Assembly (NCBI GenBank): GCA_949285665.1
Contig: CASDYC010000001.1
Location: forward strand, 79,709-143,708
From: an uncultured bacterium
GTDB taxonomy: Bacteria > Bacillota_I > Bacilli_A > RFN20 > CAG-826
Direction of reading: 5' to 3'
Length of the DNA: 64,000 bases
The translations under genes were made by a program, and so were the position numbers. Below the pieces are notes generated by a model that saw only the letters and a program-made list of their open reading frames with translations, was not told the DNA's origin and searched no databases. Numbering within the stretch: position 1 is the first letter of the stretch; every line of letters begins with the position of its first letter. This document shows positions 10,036 to 21,426 of the stretch, in pieces.

Positions 10036-11943
10036 CTATTCAAGTTCGAAAGCGCCAGTGTAAAGTTGATAATATACGCCTTGTTCAGCAATTAATGAAT
10101 TATGATCGCCTCTTTCGATAATTCTACCGTGATCTAAAACCATAATAACATCGGAATTTTGAATTGTTGACAATCTATGAGCGATAACAAATACAGTTCT
10201 TCCCTTCATTAAATTATCCATACCTTTTGTTACTAAAGCTTCTGTTCTTGTATCAATTGAAGAAGTAGCTTCATCTAAGATCATAACAGGAGCGTTATGT
10301 AAAGCACATCTAGCAATAGATAATAATTGTCTTTGGCCTTGAGAAAGATTTGTTCCATCACCAGTTAACATTGTTTGATAGCCATGAGGAAGTCTTTCAA
10401 TAAAATCATGAGCATTTGCAAGTTTTGCCGCCTCAATACATTGTTCATCAGTTGCATCGAGTTGTCCATATCTAATATTATCCATGACTGTTCCAGAAAA
10501 TAGTGATGTATCTTGTAAGACCATACCAATTGATCTTCTTAAATCTTTTTTACATATCTTATTTATATTAATTCCATCATATCTTATCTTTCCATCTGCA
10601 ATATCATAGAATCTATTTAATAAGTTTGTAATAGTTGTTTTTCCAGCACCAGTTGCTCCAACAAAAGCAACTTTTTGACCTGGTTCTGCATATAATGTTA
10701 TATCGTGTAAGACAATATTTTTATTATCATAACTAAAATCAACACCAAACATTCTAATATCACCTTCTAGTTTTTGATAAGTAACTGAATTGTCTGCAGT
10801 ATGAGGATGCTTCCATGCCCAAATTGTAAAATCTTTGGAATCTTTTGGACACTCTATAATGTTTCCTTTTTCATCATATTTTGCTTTTACTAATTTTACA
10901 TAACCATTATCTTCTTCAGGTTTTTCATCAATTAAAGCATAAACTCTTTTACTTCCCCCAATTGCTAAAGCAATAGAGTTAACTTGGTTTGCAACTTCAG
11001 AGAAGTTATAAGTTACTTGTCTAGTAACGGTTAAAAATGCAACAATTGTTCCAATTTCTAAAGTTTTTTGTAAACCACTTATAATATTATAATTTTGCCC
11101 TTGTAAAACTAAGAAAATACCAGAAACAATTGCAATTGCAATATAAACAATATTTCCAATATTTCCAAGTATTGGCATTAAGATGTTACCAAATTTATTT
11201 GCATTAGTTGCAGCAATAAATAAATCTGAATTAACTTTATCAAAATCTTTTTTACTTTCTTCTTCATGACAGAATGACTTAATAACTTTTAAACCATTCA
11301 TGTTTTCTTCTATAAAACCTTCGATTTTACCAATCATTTTTTGTTGTGTAACATAATTTCTAGAGCTTCTTGAACCAACAATTTTTGTCACAAAAAGCAT
11401 GGCGATAACACCAATTAAAACAACAATTGCAAGCCACACTGAATAAATTGTAATCATTAATATAAAGTTAACTAAAACAATAAAACTTGAATTAAACATA
11501 ACTGGAAGTGAGTTTGCAGCAAATTGTCTAATTGAGTCAATATCGTTTGTGTAAATAGACATAATGTCGCCGTGATTATGCTGATCAAAGAATTTAATTG
11601 GTAAATCTTGCATATGAGAGAAACATCTTTCTCTTGTTTTTTGCATGAAGTTATTACCTAAATTTTGTGTTAATTGTGTATAAGAAAATGTACCAATTAA
11701 TGCAACGCAATAACAAGTTGCAAGAATAATAATGTTATTAATAAGTGGTTCTTGCCAATTAGCTAAATCACCATTTATAGCTGGTTCTACAACATTATTT
11801 ACAATTTCTTGTAACATAATTGGAGCAATTATAATACCAACTGAAGATAATAACACACATATAATTGATAATATAAATACAAGTGGATTTGAAAGAAAAA
11901 TATCTTTAATAAGTCTTCCTAAAATATTTGTTTTATTTTTCAT
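10036..11943 (-). CDS. ABC exporter subunit (TMD+NBD) with consensus Walker motifs, TM288-like
   Basis: GATGAGKTT, LSQGQRQ, ILDEATS, IAHRLST. Confidence 0.92.
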   Translation of the reverse strand: MKNKTNILGRLIKDIFLSNPLVFILSIICVLLSSVGIIIAPIMLQEIVNNVVEPAINGDLANWQEPLINNIIILATCYCVALIGTFSYTQLTQNLGNNFMQKTRERCFSHMQDLPIKFFDQHNHGDIMSIYTNDIDSIRQFAANSLPVMFNSSFIVLVNFILMITIYSVWLAIVVLIGVIAMLFVTKIVGSRSSRNYVTQQKMIGKIEGFIEENMNGLKVIKSFCHEEESKKDFDKVNSDLFIAATNANKFGNILMPILGNIGNIVYIAIAIVSGIFLVLQGQNYNIISGLQKTLEIGTIVAFLTVTRQVTYNFSEVANQVNSIALAIGGSKRVYALIDEKPEEDNGYVKLVKAKYDEKGNIIECPKDSKDFTIWAWKHPHTADNSVTYQKLEGDIRMFGVDFSYDNKNIVLHDITLYAEPGQKVAFVGATGAGKTTITNLLNRFYDIADGKIRYDGININKICKKDLRRSIGMVLQDTSLFSGTVMDNIRYGQLDATDEQCIEAAKLANAHDFIERLPHGYQTMLTGDGTNLSQGQRQLLSIARCALHNAPVMILDEATSSIDTRTEALVTKGMDNLMKGRTVFVIAHRLSTIQNSDVIMVLDHGRIIERGDHNSLIAEQGVYYQLYTGAFELE

Positions 11944-13763
11944 TCTTGATTACCTCCAATTTTATTTTGGATATTATAAATATCTTTATAAATATCATTA
12001 TTTTTAACTAAATAATCATGATTTCCAATTCCATCAATTTTACCATCTTTCATGACAATAATTTGATCACAATCTTGAACAGAAGAAATTCTTTGAGCGA
12101 TTATAATTTTTGTTGTATTAGGACATACTCTTTTTAAACCATCTCTAATAAAGGCATCAGTTTTTGTATCAACAGCACTAGTAGAGTCATCTAAGATTAA
12201 TATTTTTGGGTTTTTAATTATTGCTCGAGCAATACACAATCTTTGTTTTTGTCCACCAGAGAGATTAGTTCCGCCTTGTTCAACTCTTGAATTATAGCCA
12301 TCTTTAAAATTTCTAATAAATTCATCAGCTTGGGCAATTTTACAAGCTTTAACAATTTGTTCATCGCTTGCATCTTTATTTCCCCATAAAAGATTATCTT
12401 TAATCGTTCCAGAGAACAAAATATTTTTTTGTAAAACCATACCAATTTGTTCTCTTAAACTTCTAATATCATATTCTTTAATATCATGTCCACCAATTGT
12501 TAAAGAACCTTTTGTTACTTCAAAAAATCGAGGCAATAAATTAACTAAAGTCGACTTAGAAGAACCAGTGGCACCGATAATTCCAAGAGTTTGGCCTGAT
12601 TTAACTTTTAAATTAATATCTTCGAGTGCATATTTTTCACTTGTATTATCATATCTAAAATATACATCTTTATATTCAATACTACCATCATCTAAATTTG
12701 TAAGTTTTGCACCTCCAACATTTTCTTCTAATAATTTATTTTCTTCTGTCAACACTTCATAGACTCTATGAATTGACTCTAAAGACATAATAATCATTGT
12801 TAAAATCATAGTTACCATCATAATTGAAGATAAACATTGAGCACCATAAGTAATTAAAGAAGTTAAAGCACCAACAGTCATTCCATTTTCAACACCATCA
12901 AAATTATTTTGAATAATTAAAAATGATCCAATTGATATAATGCATAACATAGAAGTCCACATAAAGAATTGAAGAATTGGTGAACTTAAAGCTGCTAATC
13001 TATCAGCTTTTTTGAAGAATTTTTGTAAGCTATAGGCTTGATTATGAAATTTTTCTTTTTCATAATCTTCTCTAACATAAGTTTTAACCGTTCTCATTCC
13101 TTTAACATTTTCTTGAATTGATTCATTTAATTTATCGTATTTTTTAAATCCAGCACTATAAATTGGATAACAAATTAAAACAATTATTAATAAGACACCA
13201 AATAAAACTGGAACTAAAATCAAATAAATCCAAGCAATACTAGGAGCTGCAATAAATGCCATTACAATTGAGAAAATTAACATTAAAACACTACGAACTG
13301 CAATTCTAATTACTAAAAAATATGCCAGTTGGATATTCATAATATCAGTTGTTTGTCTTGTAACTAAACTTGATACAGAAAATTTGTCAATATTAGTAAA
13401 TGAAAAAGTTTGAATTTTATAATAAATATCCTGTCTTAAGTTTCTTGAAAATCCAACTGAAGCAAATGCACAAAATCTACCAGATAAAATACCACAAGTT
13501 AACGAAAATCCAGCTAAAACTAATAAAACAGCTGCCCAAGTCAGTATTTTATAAAGAGTTTCCATACCAGTTGCTTGACTATATGCTTCAATATCATTAA
13601 TAAGAAGCATCATAATAAATGGAATTACGCATTCTAAAATTGTTTCAAGACCAACAAATAACATTGTTAAAAAAGTTTCTTTTTTATACTGTCTTACCGA
13701 TTTTAGTAGTGTTTTAACATAAAGCATAAATGGAACTTTTTTCTCACTTTTTGAGTTTGTCAT
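11940..13763 (-). CDS. ABC exporter subunit (TMD+NBD) with degenerate site, TM287-like
   Basis: GATGSSKST, LSGGQKQR, ILDDSTS (no catalytic Glu), IAQRISS (no switch His). ATGA overlap with partner. Confidence 0.92.
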   Translation of the reverse strand: MTNSKSEKKVPFMLYVKTLLKSVRQYKKETFLTMLFVGLETILECVIPFIMMLLINDIEAYSQATGMETLYKILTWAAVLLVLAGFSLTCGILSGRFCAFASVGFSRNLRQDIYYKIQTFSFTNIDKFSVSSLVTRQTTDIMNIQLAYFLVIRIAVRSVLMLIFSIVMAFIAAPSIAWIYLILVPVLFGVLLIIVLICYPIYSAGFKKYDKLNESIQENVKGMRTVKTYVREDYEKEKFHNQAYSLQKFFKKADRLAALSSPILQFFMWTSMLCIISIGSFLIIQNNFDGVENGMTVGALTSLITYGAQCLSSIMMVTMILTMIIMSLESIHRVYEVLTEENKLLEENVGGAKLTNLDDGSIEYKDVYFRYDNTSEKYALEDINLKVKSGQTLGIIGATGSSKSTLVNLLPRFFEVTKGSLTIGGHDIKEYDIRSLREQIGMVLQKNILFSGTIKDNLLWGNKDASDEQIVKACKIAQADEFIRNFKDGYNSRVEQGGTNLSGGQKQRLCIARAIIKNPKILILDDSTSAVDTKTDAFIRDGLKRVCPNTTKIIIAQRISSVQDCDQIIVMKDGKIDGIGNHDYLVKNNDIYKDIYNIQNKIGGNQE

Positions 13764-14190
13764 TCGAATACCTCCTTATATTTTCATTTAATTTTTCAAT
13801 AACGTTATTAAATCTTTCAATTTCAGCATCACTTAAATTATCAGTTAATGATTTATTTACTTTTTTTATTAATTCTTTATACTTAGGAATTCTTTCTTTA
13901 GCTTTATTAGTTAATAGAATTTCTTTGTATCTAGAATCGTTTGGACTTGTTAGTTTTACAATATATCCGTCTTTTTCTAAAAAATTTAAAAAATCACTTG
14001 TTGTTGATTTTTTAAATTTAAATTCATCTTCAATATCTTTTTGATGAACGATTTGATTGTTTTCAGAAATGTAGACTAAAATCATTGCAAATAGATGCGA
14101 ATCAAATTCTTCTTTAAAAATATCATCAAGAAGTAATGATATATTTTTTTTAGTATCTAACAGTTCTTTTAATAATTGATAATTAACCAT
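13744..14190 (-). CDS. MarR-family regulator
   Basis: QKDIEDEFKFKKSTTSDFLNFLEKDGYI...DSRYKEILLT winged HTH; first gene of the ABC operon. Confidence 0.88.
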   Translation of the reverse strand: MVNYQLLKELLDTKKNISLLLDDIFKEEFDSHLFAMILVYISENNQIVHQKDIEDEFKFKKSTTSDFLNFLEKDGYIVKLTSPNDSRYKEILLTNKAKERIPKYKELIKKVNKSLTDNLSDAEIERFNNVIEKLNENIRRYSNDKLKK

Positions 14191-14192
14191 TT

Positions 14193-14238
14193 TAGTTCGC
14201 CACCGAACTATTTTAATATAATTAATTTTTATTGTAAA
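14193..14238 (-). promoter_or_regulatory. marR operon promoter with MarR operator
   Basis: Minus strand TTTACA-17 bp-TAAAAT. Perfect inverted repeat TAGTTCG-CCAC-CGAACTA at 14193-14210, between the -10 and the start codon. Confidence 0.8.
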
Positions 14239-14314
14239 TACCCAAGTAGAAAAAAATTTTTATTATTATATAATAATAAAGAATAATGTTTTGACAACTA
14301 TTTTGGAGGGGTTT

Positions 14315-15502
14315 ATGTTGGAAGATTTCATTTATCAAAACAAAACAAAGATATATTTTGGAGAAAAGTCACTTGATTATTTAAAAGATGAATTAGCAAA
14401 TTATAAAGATAATATTTTGCTAGTTTATGGTCATGAATCAATTAAAAAAATTGGATTATATGATTATTTAATTAAAATTTTAAATAATTCAAAAAAGAAT
14501 GTATTTGAATTAAGTGATGTTAGACCAAATCCATCATATGAAAAAGTTTTAGAAGGTATTAAATTAGTAAAAGAAAATAATATTGATTTAATATTAGCAG
14601 TTGGTGGTGGTAGTGTTATTGATTGTGCAAAAGGAATATCAGTTGGTGCATATTATGATAAAGGAGATGTATTTAAAGATTTATATTTAGCTAAAAAATC
14701 ATTAGATAAAAATCAAAAAATTGTTCCAGTTGGATCAATTCTTACAATGGTTGGAACTGGAAGTGAAATGAATGGCGGATCTGTTATAACTAATTATGAT
14801 TTAAATATTAAAGAAGGAAGAGTATTTTTTGGCTGTGAACCTAGATTTTCAATTTTAAATCCAAAATTAACATATACTGTTTCAGAATATCAAATGAGAA
14901 GTGGAATTTTTGATGCATTTTCTCACATGATGGAACAATATTTTTCCGGAAGTGATGATAATGTAAGTGATGATTTATTAGAAGCTTTAATGAAATCATT
15001 AATAAAAAATTCTTATTTATCTTATCAAAATCCTAAAAATTATATTGCAAGAAGTAATTTAATGTGGATTGCCTCCATGGCTTTAAATACAATTTTAGGA
15101 GTTGGAAAAACTCAAGATTGGAATGTTCACAATATTGAACACCAAATTGGAGCATATACAGATTGTGCCCATGGTATGGGATTAGCAGTTATTTCTCCAA
15201 ATTATTATAGATATATATACAAAGATGGACTTGAAAAATTTAAAAGATTTGCAATAAATGTATTTAATGTAAATCCAAATGGAAAAAGTGATGATGAAGT
15301 TGCTTTAAAGGGAATTGATTGTTTAGAAGAATTTATAAAAGCTTCTAAACTTGCAACAAATTTAGAAGAACTTGGTGTTCATGATGCAGATTTAGTTAAA
15401 GAAATTGCATATAGTGTAAATTTATCACCAACAAGTTATAAAATTTTAAATCATGATGATGTTTATAAAATTTTAATGTCATGTTTTAAATCTAATAAAT
15501 AA
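14315..15502 (+). CDS. Iron-containing alcohol dehydrogenase (BdhA/YqhD-like)
   Basis: AVGGGSVIDCAK, GTGSEMN, HNIEHQIGA, HGMGLA. ATG 14315 with GGAGG RBS. Confidence 0.9.
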   Translation: MLEDFIYQNKTKIYFGEKSLDYLKDELANYKDNILLVYGHESIKKIGLYDYLIKILNNSKKNVFELSDVRPNPSYEKVLEGIKLVKENNIDLILAVGGGSVIDCAKGISVGAYYDKGDVFKDLYLAKKSLDKNQKIVPVGSILTMVGTGSEMNGGSVITNYDLNIKEGRVFFGCEPRFSILNPKLTYTVSEYQMRSGIFDAFSHMMEQYFSGSDDNVSDDLLEALMKSLIKNSYLSYQNPKNYIARSNLMWIASMALNTILGVGKTQDWNVHNIEHQIGAYTDCAHGMGLAVISPNYYRYIYKDGLEKFKRFAINVFNVNPNGKSDDEVALKGIDCLEEFIKASKLATNLEELGVHDADLVKEIAYSVNLSPTSYKILNHDDVYKILMSCFKSNK

Positions 15503-15523
15503 TAAAGTAAAAAAAATTATATT

Positions 15524-18205
15524 ATGTTTAAAAAATTTAATTTATTAATGATGTTAACCCTTTTTTTAACATCGTGTAGTACAACTAATTTAACTACTTC
15601 AAATTCTAGTAGTTCATCAAATCAAACTACAACTAATACAACAACTTCGTCTACTACAACAAGTCAAAATACGACTACAAGTTTAAATTCAACTACTACA
15701 ACAACCAGTCAAGATGAAAAATTTGGAACAATTATATTTAATGAAAATACTATAAACGGTTCAATTAGATTTGAAAATTATTCTAATAATTCAAAAGTAT
15801 CATTTAATACAAAAATTAATGTTGTTGTAAATCCAGATGTAAATTATGAACTTGATACATTAACTGTTAATGGACTTTCAATAAAATCAACTTTAAGTTT
15901 TATTGTTAATGAAGAAAAAGATTATTATGTAGATGTAACATTTAAAAAAATAAGTGAAGAAGAAAAATTTGCTACTATTAAAATTGATGAAAATATACAA
16001 AATGGAAATGTTGAATTTGTCGACTTTAATAACACTGATGAAGTTAAATTAAATACCAAAGTTGATTTAAAAATAACTCCTGATACTAACTATGAACTTG
16101 ATACACTAACAGTAAATGGAATTTCAATTAAATCAAGTTTGAGTTTTATCGCACAAGAAGAAATTACATATTTAGTTTCAGCAAGTTTTAAATATGTTGC
16201 GTCCGCTGAACAATATGCAACTATTAAGATTAATGAAAATATAAAAAATGGTGTCTTAAAGTTTAAAAATTATGAAAATAATTCAAAAGTTAGTCTTAAT
16301 ACCAAGGTTGAAATTGAAGTTATTCCTGATAATGACTATGAATTAGATACTTTAACAGTAAATGGTATTTCAATTAAAAGTAGTAAATTTTTTATTGTCG
16401 AAGAATATATTGAATATGTTGTTAATGCAACATTTAAATATATTGGAAACACTGATAAATACGCAACTATTTCTATATCTAATGATATAGAAAATGGTAG
16501 TGTAAAATTTAAAGATTATGAAAATAATTCTAGTGTATTATTAGGAAGTAAAATAGAAGTGATTGCAACTCCAAATGATGGTTATAAATTATCATCAATT
16601 GAAGTTAATGGAGTTTCAATTTTATCAACTTTAAGTTTTATAGTTAATGAAGAAAAACAATACTTAATAACCGCAAGTTTTATAAAAGATGAACCTATTT
16701 TAAACGAAGTTACTGGAAGTATTAATTTTGTCAATTTAAATACTAATGGTTATTTTTCTTTACAAGAAAATAATTTAGAACTTAACGATATTGAAATAAG
16801 TTCAGTTACTTCTTCAAACTTATATAAAGATAGCAATGAAGATAGTTTTAGAACAGGAACTAGTAAAGGTGCGACTATTGAATTTGAATTTGCTAGCACA
16901 ATAAGTATTGTTTCTATTGAATTAATTGTTAAACAATATAGTGATGATGATCCAGAAATTACATTAACTTTAAAAAATTTTACAACCTCATTAAAATCTC
17001 TTACCCAAAAAGTTTTAAGTAATAATGTCTATATTTTTAATACAGATAATGTTACAAATCTTGAATTAAAAACAAATGGTAATAATAGAGCTGTTTTATA
17101 TGGAATTAATATTATATATTTATCAAATAAAGAACCAGTAAAAGCTAATTTAACTATAAATAAAACTGGTGAAGGCGAAGTAAGTGTGACTCCAAATACA
17201 AATTTATTTGTTGGAGATTATATAAATGTAAAAACTTCTCCAAATAATGGTTATTTTGTCTTTTCAATTACTTTAAATGGTAATAGTGGAGAATTTATTT
17301 CATCTAATAATTATAAATTTAGATTAACTCAAGAAAATAATGTCTTAAGCGTTATATTTAAAGAACAAACATCACATAATGATAATTACGATTATTTATA
17401 TGCAAATAATACAATTTATCCTACAAGAGGAAATCAAGGAAATATTGATTCTTATTATGAACCAGTTAGAGGCTTAAAAGGCGCTGAATTAAAACAAGCA
17501 TTACATAATATAATTGATGATCACACAACTTTTGGATATGGAGAATTAGATTCTTCTGATTTTAATTTAATTGATGAAGATCCATTTAATTCAAATAATT
17601 ATATTTTGATGTATGAAGGAAGTTATCCTAAATCTACTGGTATGAATAAGGAGCATGTCTGGGCTAAAAGTCATGGTGATTTTGATACAAGAATTCCAGA
17701 AGGTTCTGATTTAAATAATTTACATCCATGTGATAACTGGCTAAATAGTTGCAGAGGCAATTTAGATTTTGGATTTGTCGGTGAAGAAAATGATAATCTT
17801 GATCATAGCAAACCACAATTTAGATCGACTATGATTGGAAATTATCGAAACTCATCATATTTTGAACCAAAAGATGAATTTAAAGGCGATATTGCAAGGA
17901 CTATATTTTATATGGCTGTCAGATATGAAGGAGATAGTGGTGAAAAAGATTTAGAAGTTGGTGGAAATATTGACAATACTTTATATAATAATTTCACTTC
18001 AGGAGCAAATGGACTTCATGGAGATTTTGCTGCTTTATATCAATGGGCAACAAGTGGTCAAGATCCAGTCAGTGATTATGAAGTTAATAGAAATAATAAT
18101 GTTGATCAATATTATCAACATAATAGAAATCCATTTATTGATCATCCAGAATTTTTAATTATGATTTATGACAAAAATTATAATGGTCCTGGTGCTTTAA
18201 TGTAA
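15524..18205 (+). CDS. Lipoprotein with Ser/Thr linker, tandem beta-repeats and C-terminal endonuclease I (Bsn/YurI-like His-Me finger) domain
   Basis: Lipobox LTS-C18; S/T-rich aa 19-63; NKEHVWAKS, SDLNNLHP, KGDIARTIFYMAVRY, QHNRNPFIDHPE. Confidence 0.85.
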   Translation: MFKKFNLLMMLTLFLTSCSTTNLTTSNSSSSSNQTTTNTTTSSTTTSQNTTTSLNSTTTTTSQDEKFGTIIFNENTINGSIRFENYSNNSKVSFNTKINVVVNPDVNYELDTLTVNGLSIKSTLSFIVNEEKDYYVDVTFKKISEEEKFATIKIDENIQNGNVEFVDFNNTDEVKLNTKVDLKITPDTNYELDTLTVNGISIKSSLSFIAQEEITYLVSASFKYVASAEQYATIKINENIKNGVLKFKNYENNSKVSLNTKVEIEVIPDNDYELDTLTVNGISIKSSKFFIVEEYIEYVVNATFKYIGNTDKYATISISNDIENGSVKFKDYENNSSVLLGSKIEVIATPNDGYKLSSIEVNGVSILSTLSFIVNEEKQYLITASFIKDEPILNEVTGSINFVNLNTNGYFSLQENNLELNDIEISSVTSSNLYKDSNEDSFRTGTSKGATIEFEFASTISIVSIELIVKQYSDDDPEITLTLKNFTTSLKSLTQKVLSNNVYIFNTDNVTNLELKTNGNNRAVLYGINIIYLSNKEPVKANLTINKTGEGEVSVTPNTNLFVGDYINVKTSPNNGYFVFSITLNGNSGEFISSNNYKFRLTQENNVLSVIFKEQTSHNDNYDYLYANNTIYPTRGNQGNIDSYYEPVRGLKGAELKQALHNIIDDHTTFGYGELDSSDFNLIDEDPFNSNNYILMYEGSYPKSTGMNKEHVWAKSHGDFDTRIPEGSDLNNLHPCDNWLNSCRGNLDFGFVGEENDNLDHSKPQFRSTMIGNYRNSSYFEPKDEFKGDIARTIFYMAVRYEGDSGEKDLEVGGNIDNTLYNNFTSGANGLHGDFAALYQWATSGQDPVSDYEVNRNNNVDQYYQHNRNPFIDHPEFLIMIYDKNYNGPGALM
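15719..16702 (+). repeat. Four intragenic repeats with exact 246-nt (82-aa) period (InlB-B/Flg_new-like)
   Basis: Repeat starts at 15719, 15965, 16211, 16457; shared PDxxYELDTLTVNGxSI motif; a fifth diverged copy near 17140-17360. Confidence 0.8.
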
Positions 18206-18242
18206 TTTATAAATAATTTTAATTATTTAATATTTAATTTGA

Positions 18243-19580
<1,338 letters not shown>

Positions 19581-19609
19581 TTAAAGTTTTATAAATTCTT
19601 AAACAAATT

Positions 19610-19633
19610 AAGCCCGTTAAAAACGGGCTTTTT
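19610..19633 (+). terminator. Intrinsic terminator after eno
   Basis: AAGCCCGTT-AAA-AACGGGCTT followed by T-tract. Confidence 0.88.
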
Positions 19634-19670
19634 ATTATGGAATTTAATAGAAAAGTGGTATTATATTTTC

Positions 19671-20813
19671 ATGAAAGTTGCAATTATTGGTGGCGGATAT
19701 TCTGGAGTTATATTATCAATATTATTAAAAAAACAAAATAATGATATTGATGTTTATATATTTGAAAAAGAAAATAAATTATTGAAAAAAATTTATGCTA
19801 CTGGGAATGGTAGATGTAATCTAGGAAATTTTAATGATGATTTAAAATTTTTTAATTCAATTGAAGCTTATAGCATTTACAAAAATTGTGACATAAATAA
19901 ACAAATTAATATTTTAAAAGAATTAAATATTGCAACAAGAAATATACAAGGATATATTTATCCATTTTCTTTAAGTGCTAAAAATTATATTGAAAATTTA
20001 GAATTTTGGGTTAAAAAATTAAATATTAAAGTATATTTAAATCATAAATTAAAATCTTATAATCAAAATATATTAAAAAAATATAATTTAATATTTGAAA
20101 ATGATTTAAATATTGATGATTTTGATTTTCTTATTTTTACAAGTGGGGGAAAATCTACTCCAAATCTTGGAAGTGATGGTAATATATTTAGCATTTTAAA
20201 AGAGCATTCTTATATAATATCTAATTTACAACCTGGTTTATGTCCTATTAAAACACTTGAATCAACAAAAGAGATAAAAAATGAACGTATGAAATGTAAA
20301 GTTTGTTTATATGATAATTTATCAAACTTAATTTATTCAGAAGATGGTGAAGTTATTTTTAAAGAAAATGGATTAAGTGGAATTTGTATTTTTAATATTG
20401 AAAGTATAATTAAAAATAAAAACATTAAAACCCCAAGAATAATTTTAAAAGTATTCGATGAAGAAAATGAAAAAACGCTAAAAAATTATTATAAAAAATA
20501 TAAAAATATTGAGGTTTTGCATGGTTTTTTTGATTATAGAATGTTTAATTATATAAAAAAATATTATAAAAATAATTTTTATCAATTCGAATTTTCATAT
20601 GGAGAATCATATAGTTTTAATGATTCACAAGTTACAATTGGTGGTGTATCATTTTTAAACATAAATAAAGACACTTTAGAAAGCAAAATAGAAAAAAATG
20701 TTTATTTTGCTGGAGAAATATTAGATATTAATGGTTTATGTGGTGGATATAATTTAATGCTTTGTTTCTCTTCTAGTTATATTGTTTGTAATAATATATT
20801 AAAACATTTATAA
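19671..20813 (+). CDS. BaiN/HI0933-family flavoprotein
   Basis: IIGGGYSG, KKIYATGNGRCN, SQVTIGGV, YFAGEILDINGLCGGYNL. Confidence 0.85.
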   Translation: MKVAIIGGGYSGVILSILLKKQNNDIDVYIFEKENKLLKKIYATGNGRCNLGNFNDDLKFFNSIEAYSIYKNCDINKQINILKELNIATRNIQGYIYPFSLSAKNYIENLEFWVKKLNIKVYLNHKLKSYNQNILKKYNLIFENDLNIDDFDFLIFTSGGKSTPNLGSDGNIFSILKEHSYIISNLQPGLCPIKTLESTKEIKNERMKCKVCLYDNLSNLIYSEDGEVIFKENGLSGICIFNIESIIKNKNIKTPRIILKVFDEENEKTLKNYYKKYKNIEVLHGFFDYRMFNYIKKYYKNNFYQFEFSYGESYSFNDSQVTIGGVSFLNINKDTLESKIEKNVYFAGEILDINGLCGGYNLMLCFSSSYIVCNNILKHL

Positions 20814-20822
20814 TATTAAAGC

Positions 20823-20909
20823 GCTCGAATGGTGGAACTGGTAGACGCAATGGACTCAAAATCCATCGAGGTTAAACTCATGAGGGTTCAAGTCCCTCTT
20901 CGAGCACCA
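20823..20909 (+). tRNA. tRNA-Leu(CAA)
   Basis: Acceptor GCTCGAA/TTCGAGC, anticodon arm ATGGA-CTCAAAA-TCCAT, long variable arm, GGTTCAAGTCC, encoded CCA. Confidence 0.96.
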
Positions 20910-20922
20910 ATTAATAAATAAT

Positions 20923-20943
20923 GCCGATTTTATCGGCTTTTTT
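20923..20943 (+). terminator. Terminator after tRNA-Leu
   Basis: GCCGAT-TTT-ATCGGC followed by TTTTTT. Confidence 0.85.
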
Positions 20944-20948
20944 GTTGC

Positions 20949-20984
20949 TTGGGGGTTATTTTGGGGGTTATTTTGGGGGTTATT
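20949..20984 (+). repeat. Three perfect tandem copies of TTGGGGGTTATT (candidate integrase arm-type sites)
   Basis: 3 x 12 bp, G-rich in an AT-rich context, 40 bp downstream of a tRNA 3' end. Confidence 0.8.
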
Positions 20985-21063
20985 TGTTTTTTATATTGAC
21001 AACATTATCAATAATGATTTTATATAAAAAAATGTCAATTTTTGATGCTAAAATATCGTTTAA

Positions 21064-21321
21064 TTTTTAATACAAGAAAATGTAAATAATATATTTTAAG
21101 AACACGTAAATATTATATTTTTTTCCATTTTATACTTAGACTCTTATAATTCAACATACGAAATTTTAAATAAGAATCTTAAAAAAGTATATTGTTTAAC
21201 AATTGAAATAAATAAAAAAATATATTTAGATGATTTTATTAATATAAAATTAAAAGAAGATTTATTTATAATTAAAAAATTCTTAGATGATTTCTTTAAT
21301 TTTTTAATGAGAATTATTTAA
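21064..21321 (+). pseudogene. Possible decayed gene fragment
   Basis: About 73 stop-free codons from 21100 (EHVNIIFFSILYLDSYNSTYEIL...) with no ATG/GTG/TTG start near the 5' end, preceded in frame by TAA at 21097, in very AT-rich DNA. Confidence 0.3.
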
Positions 21322-21386
21322 TATCTATATATTTTTAAAAATAGAATTTTTACTTATTGATATTTTTACAATAAGTAATTTTATTG

Positions 21387-21415
21387 TTGAAATTTTTTCT
21401 TAATTAAAGTATTAT
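21387..21415 (+). promoter_or_regulatory. Sigma-A promoter of tRNA-Val
   Basis: TTGAAA-17 bp-TATTAT, 11 bp before the tRNA. Confidence 0.65.
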
Positions 21416-21426
21416 ATTTTGTACAT

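Noticed and set aside
11940-13763. Degenerate Walker B and switch motifs as a sign of pseudogenisation
   Set aside because: Normal for the degenerate half of TM287/288-type heterodimeric exporters.
20949-20984. CRISPR array or G-quadruplex
   Set aside because: No spacers, 12-bp unit, no cas genes; only three G-tracts.
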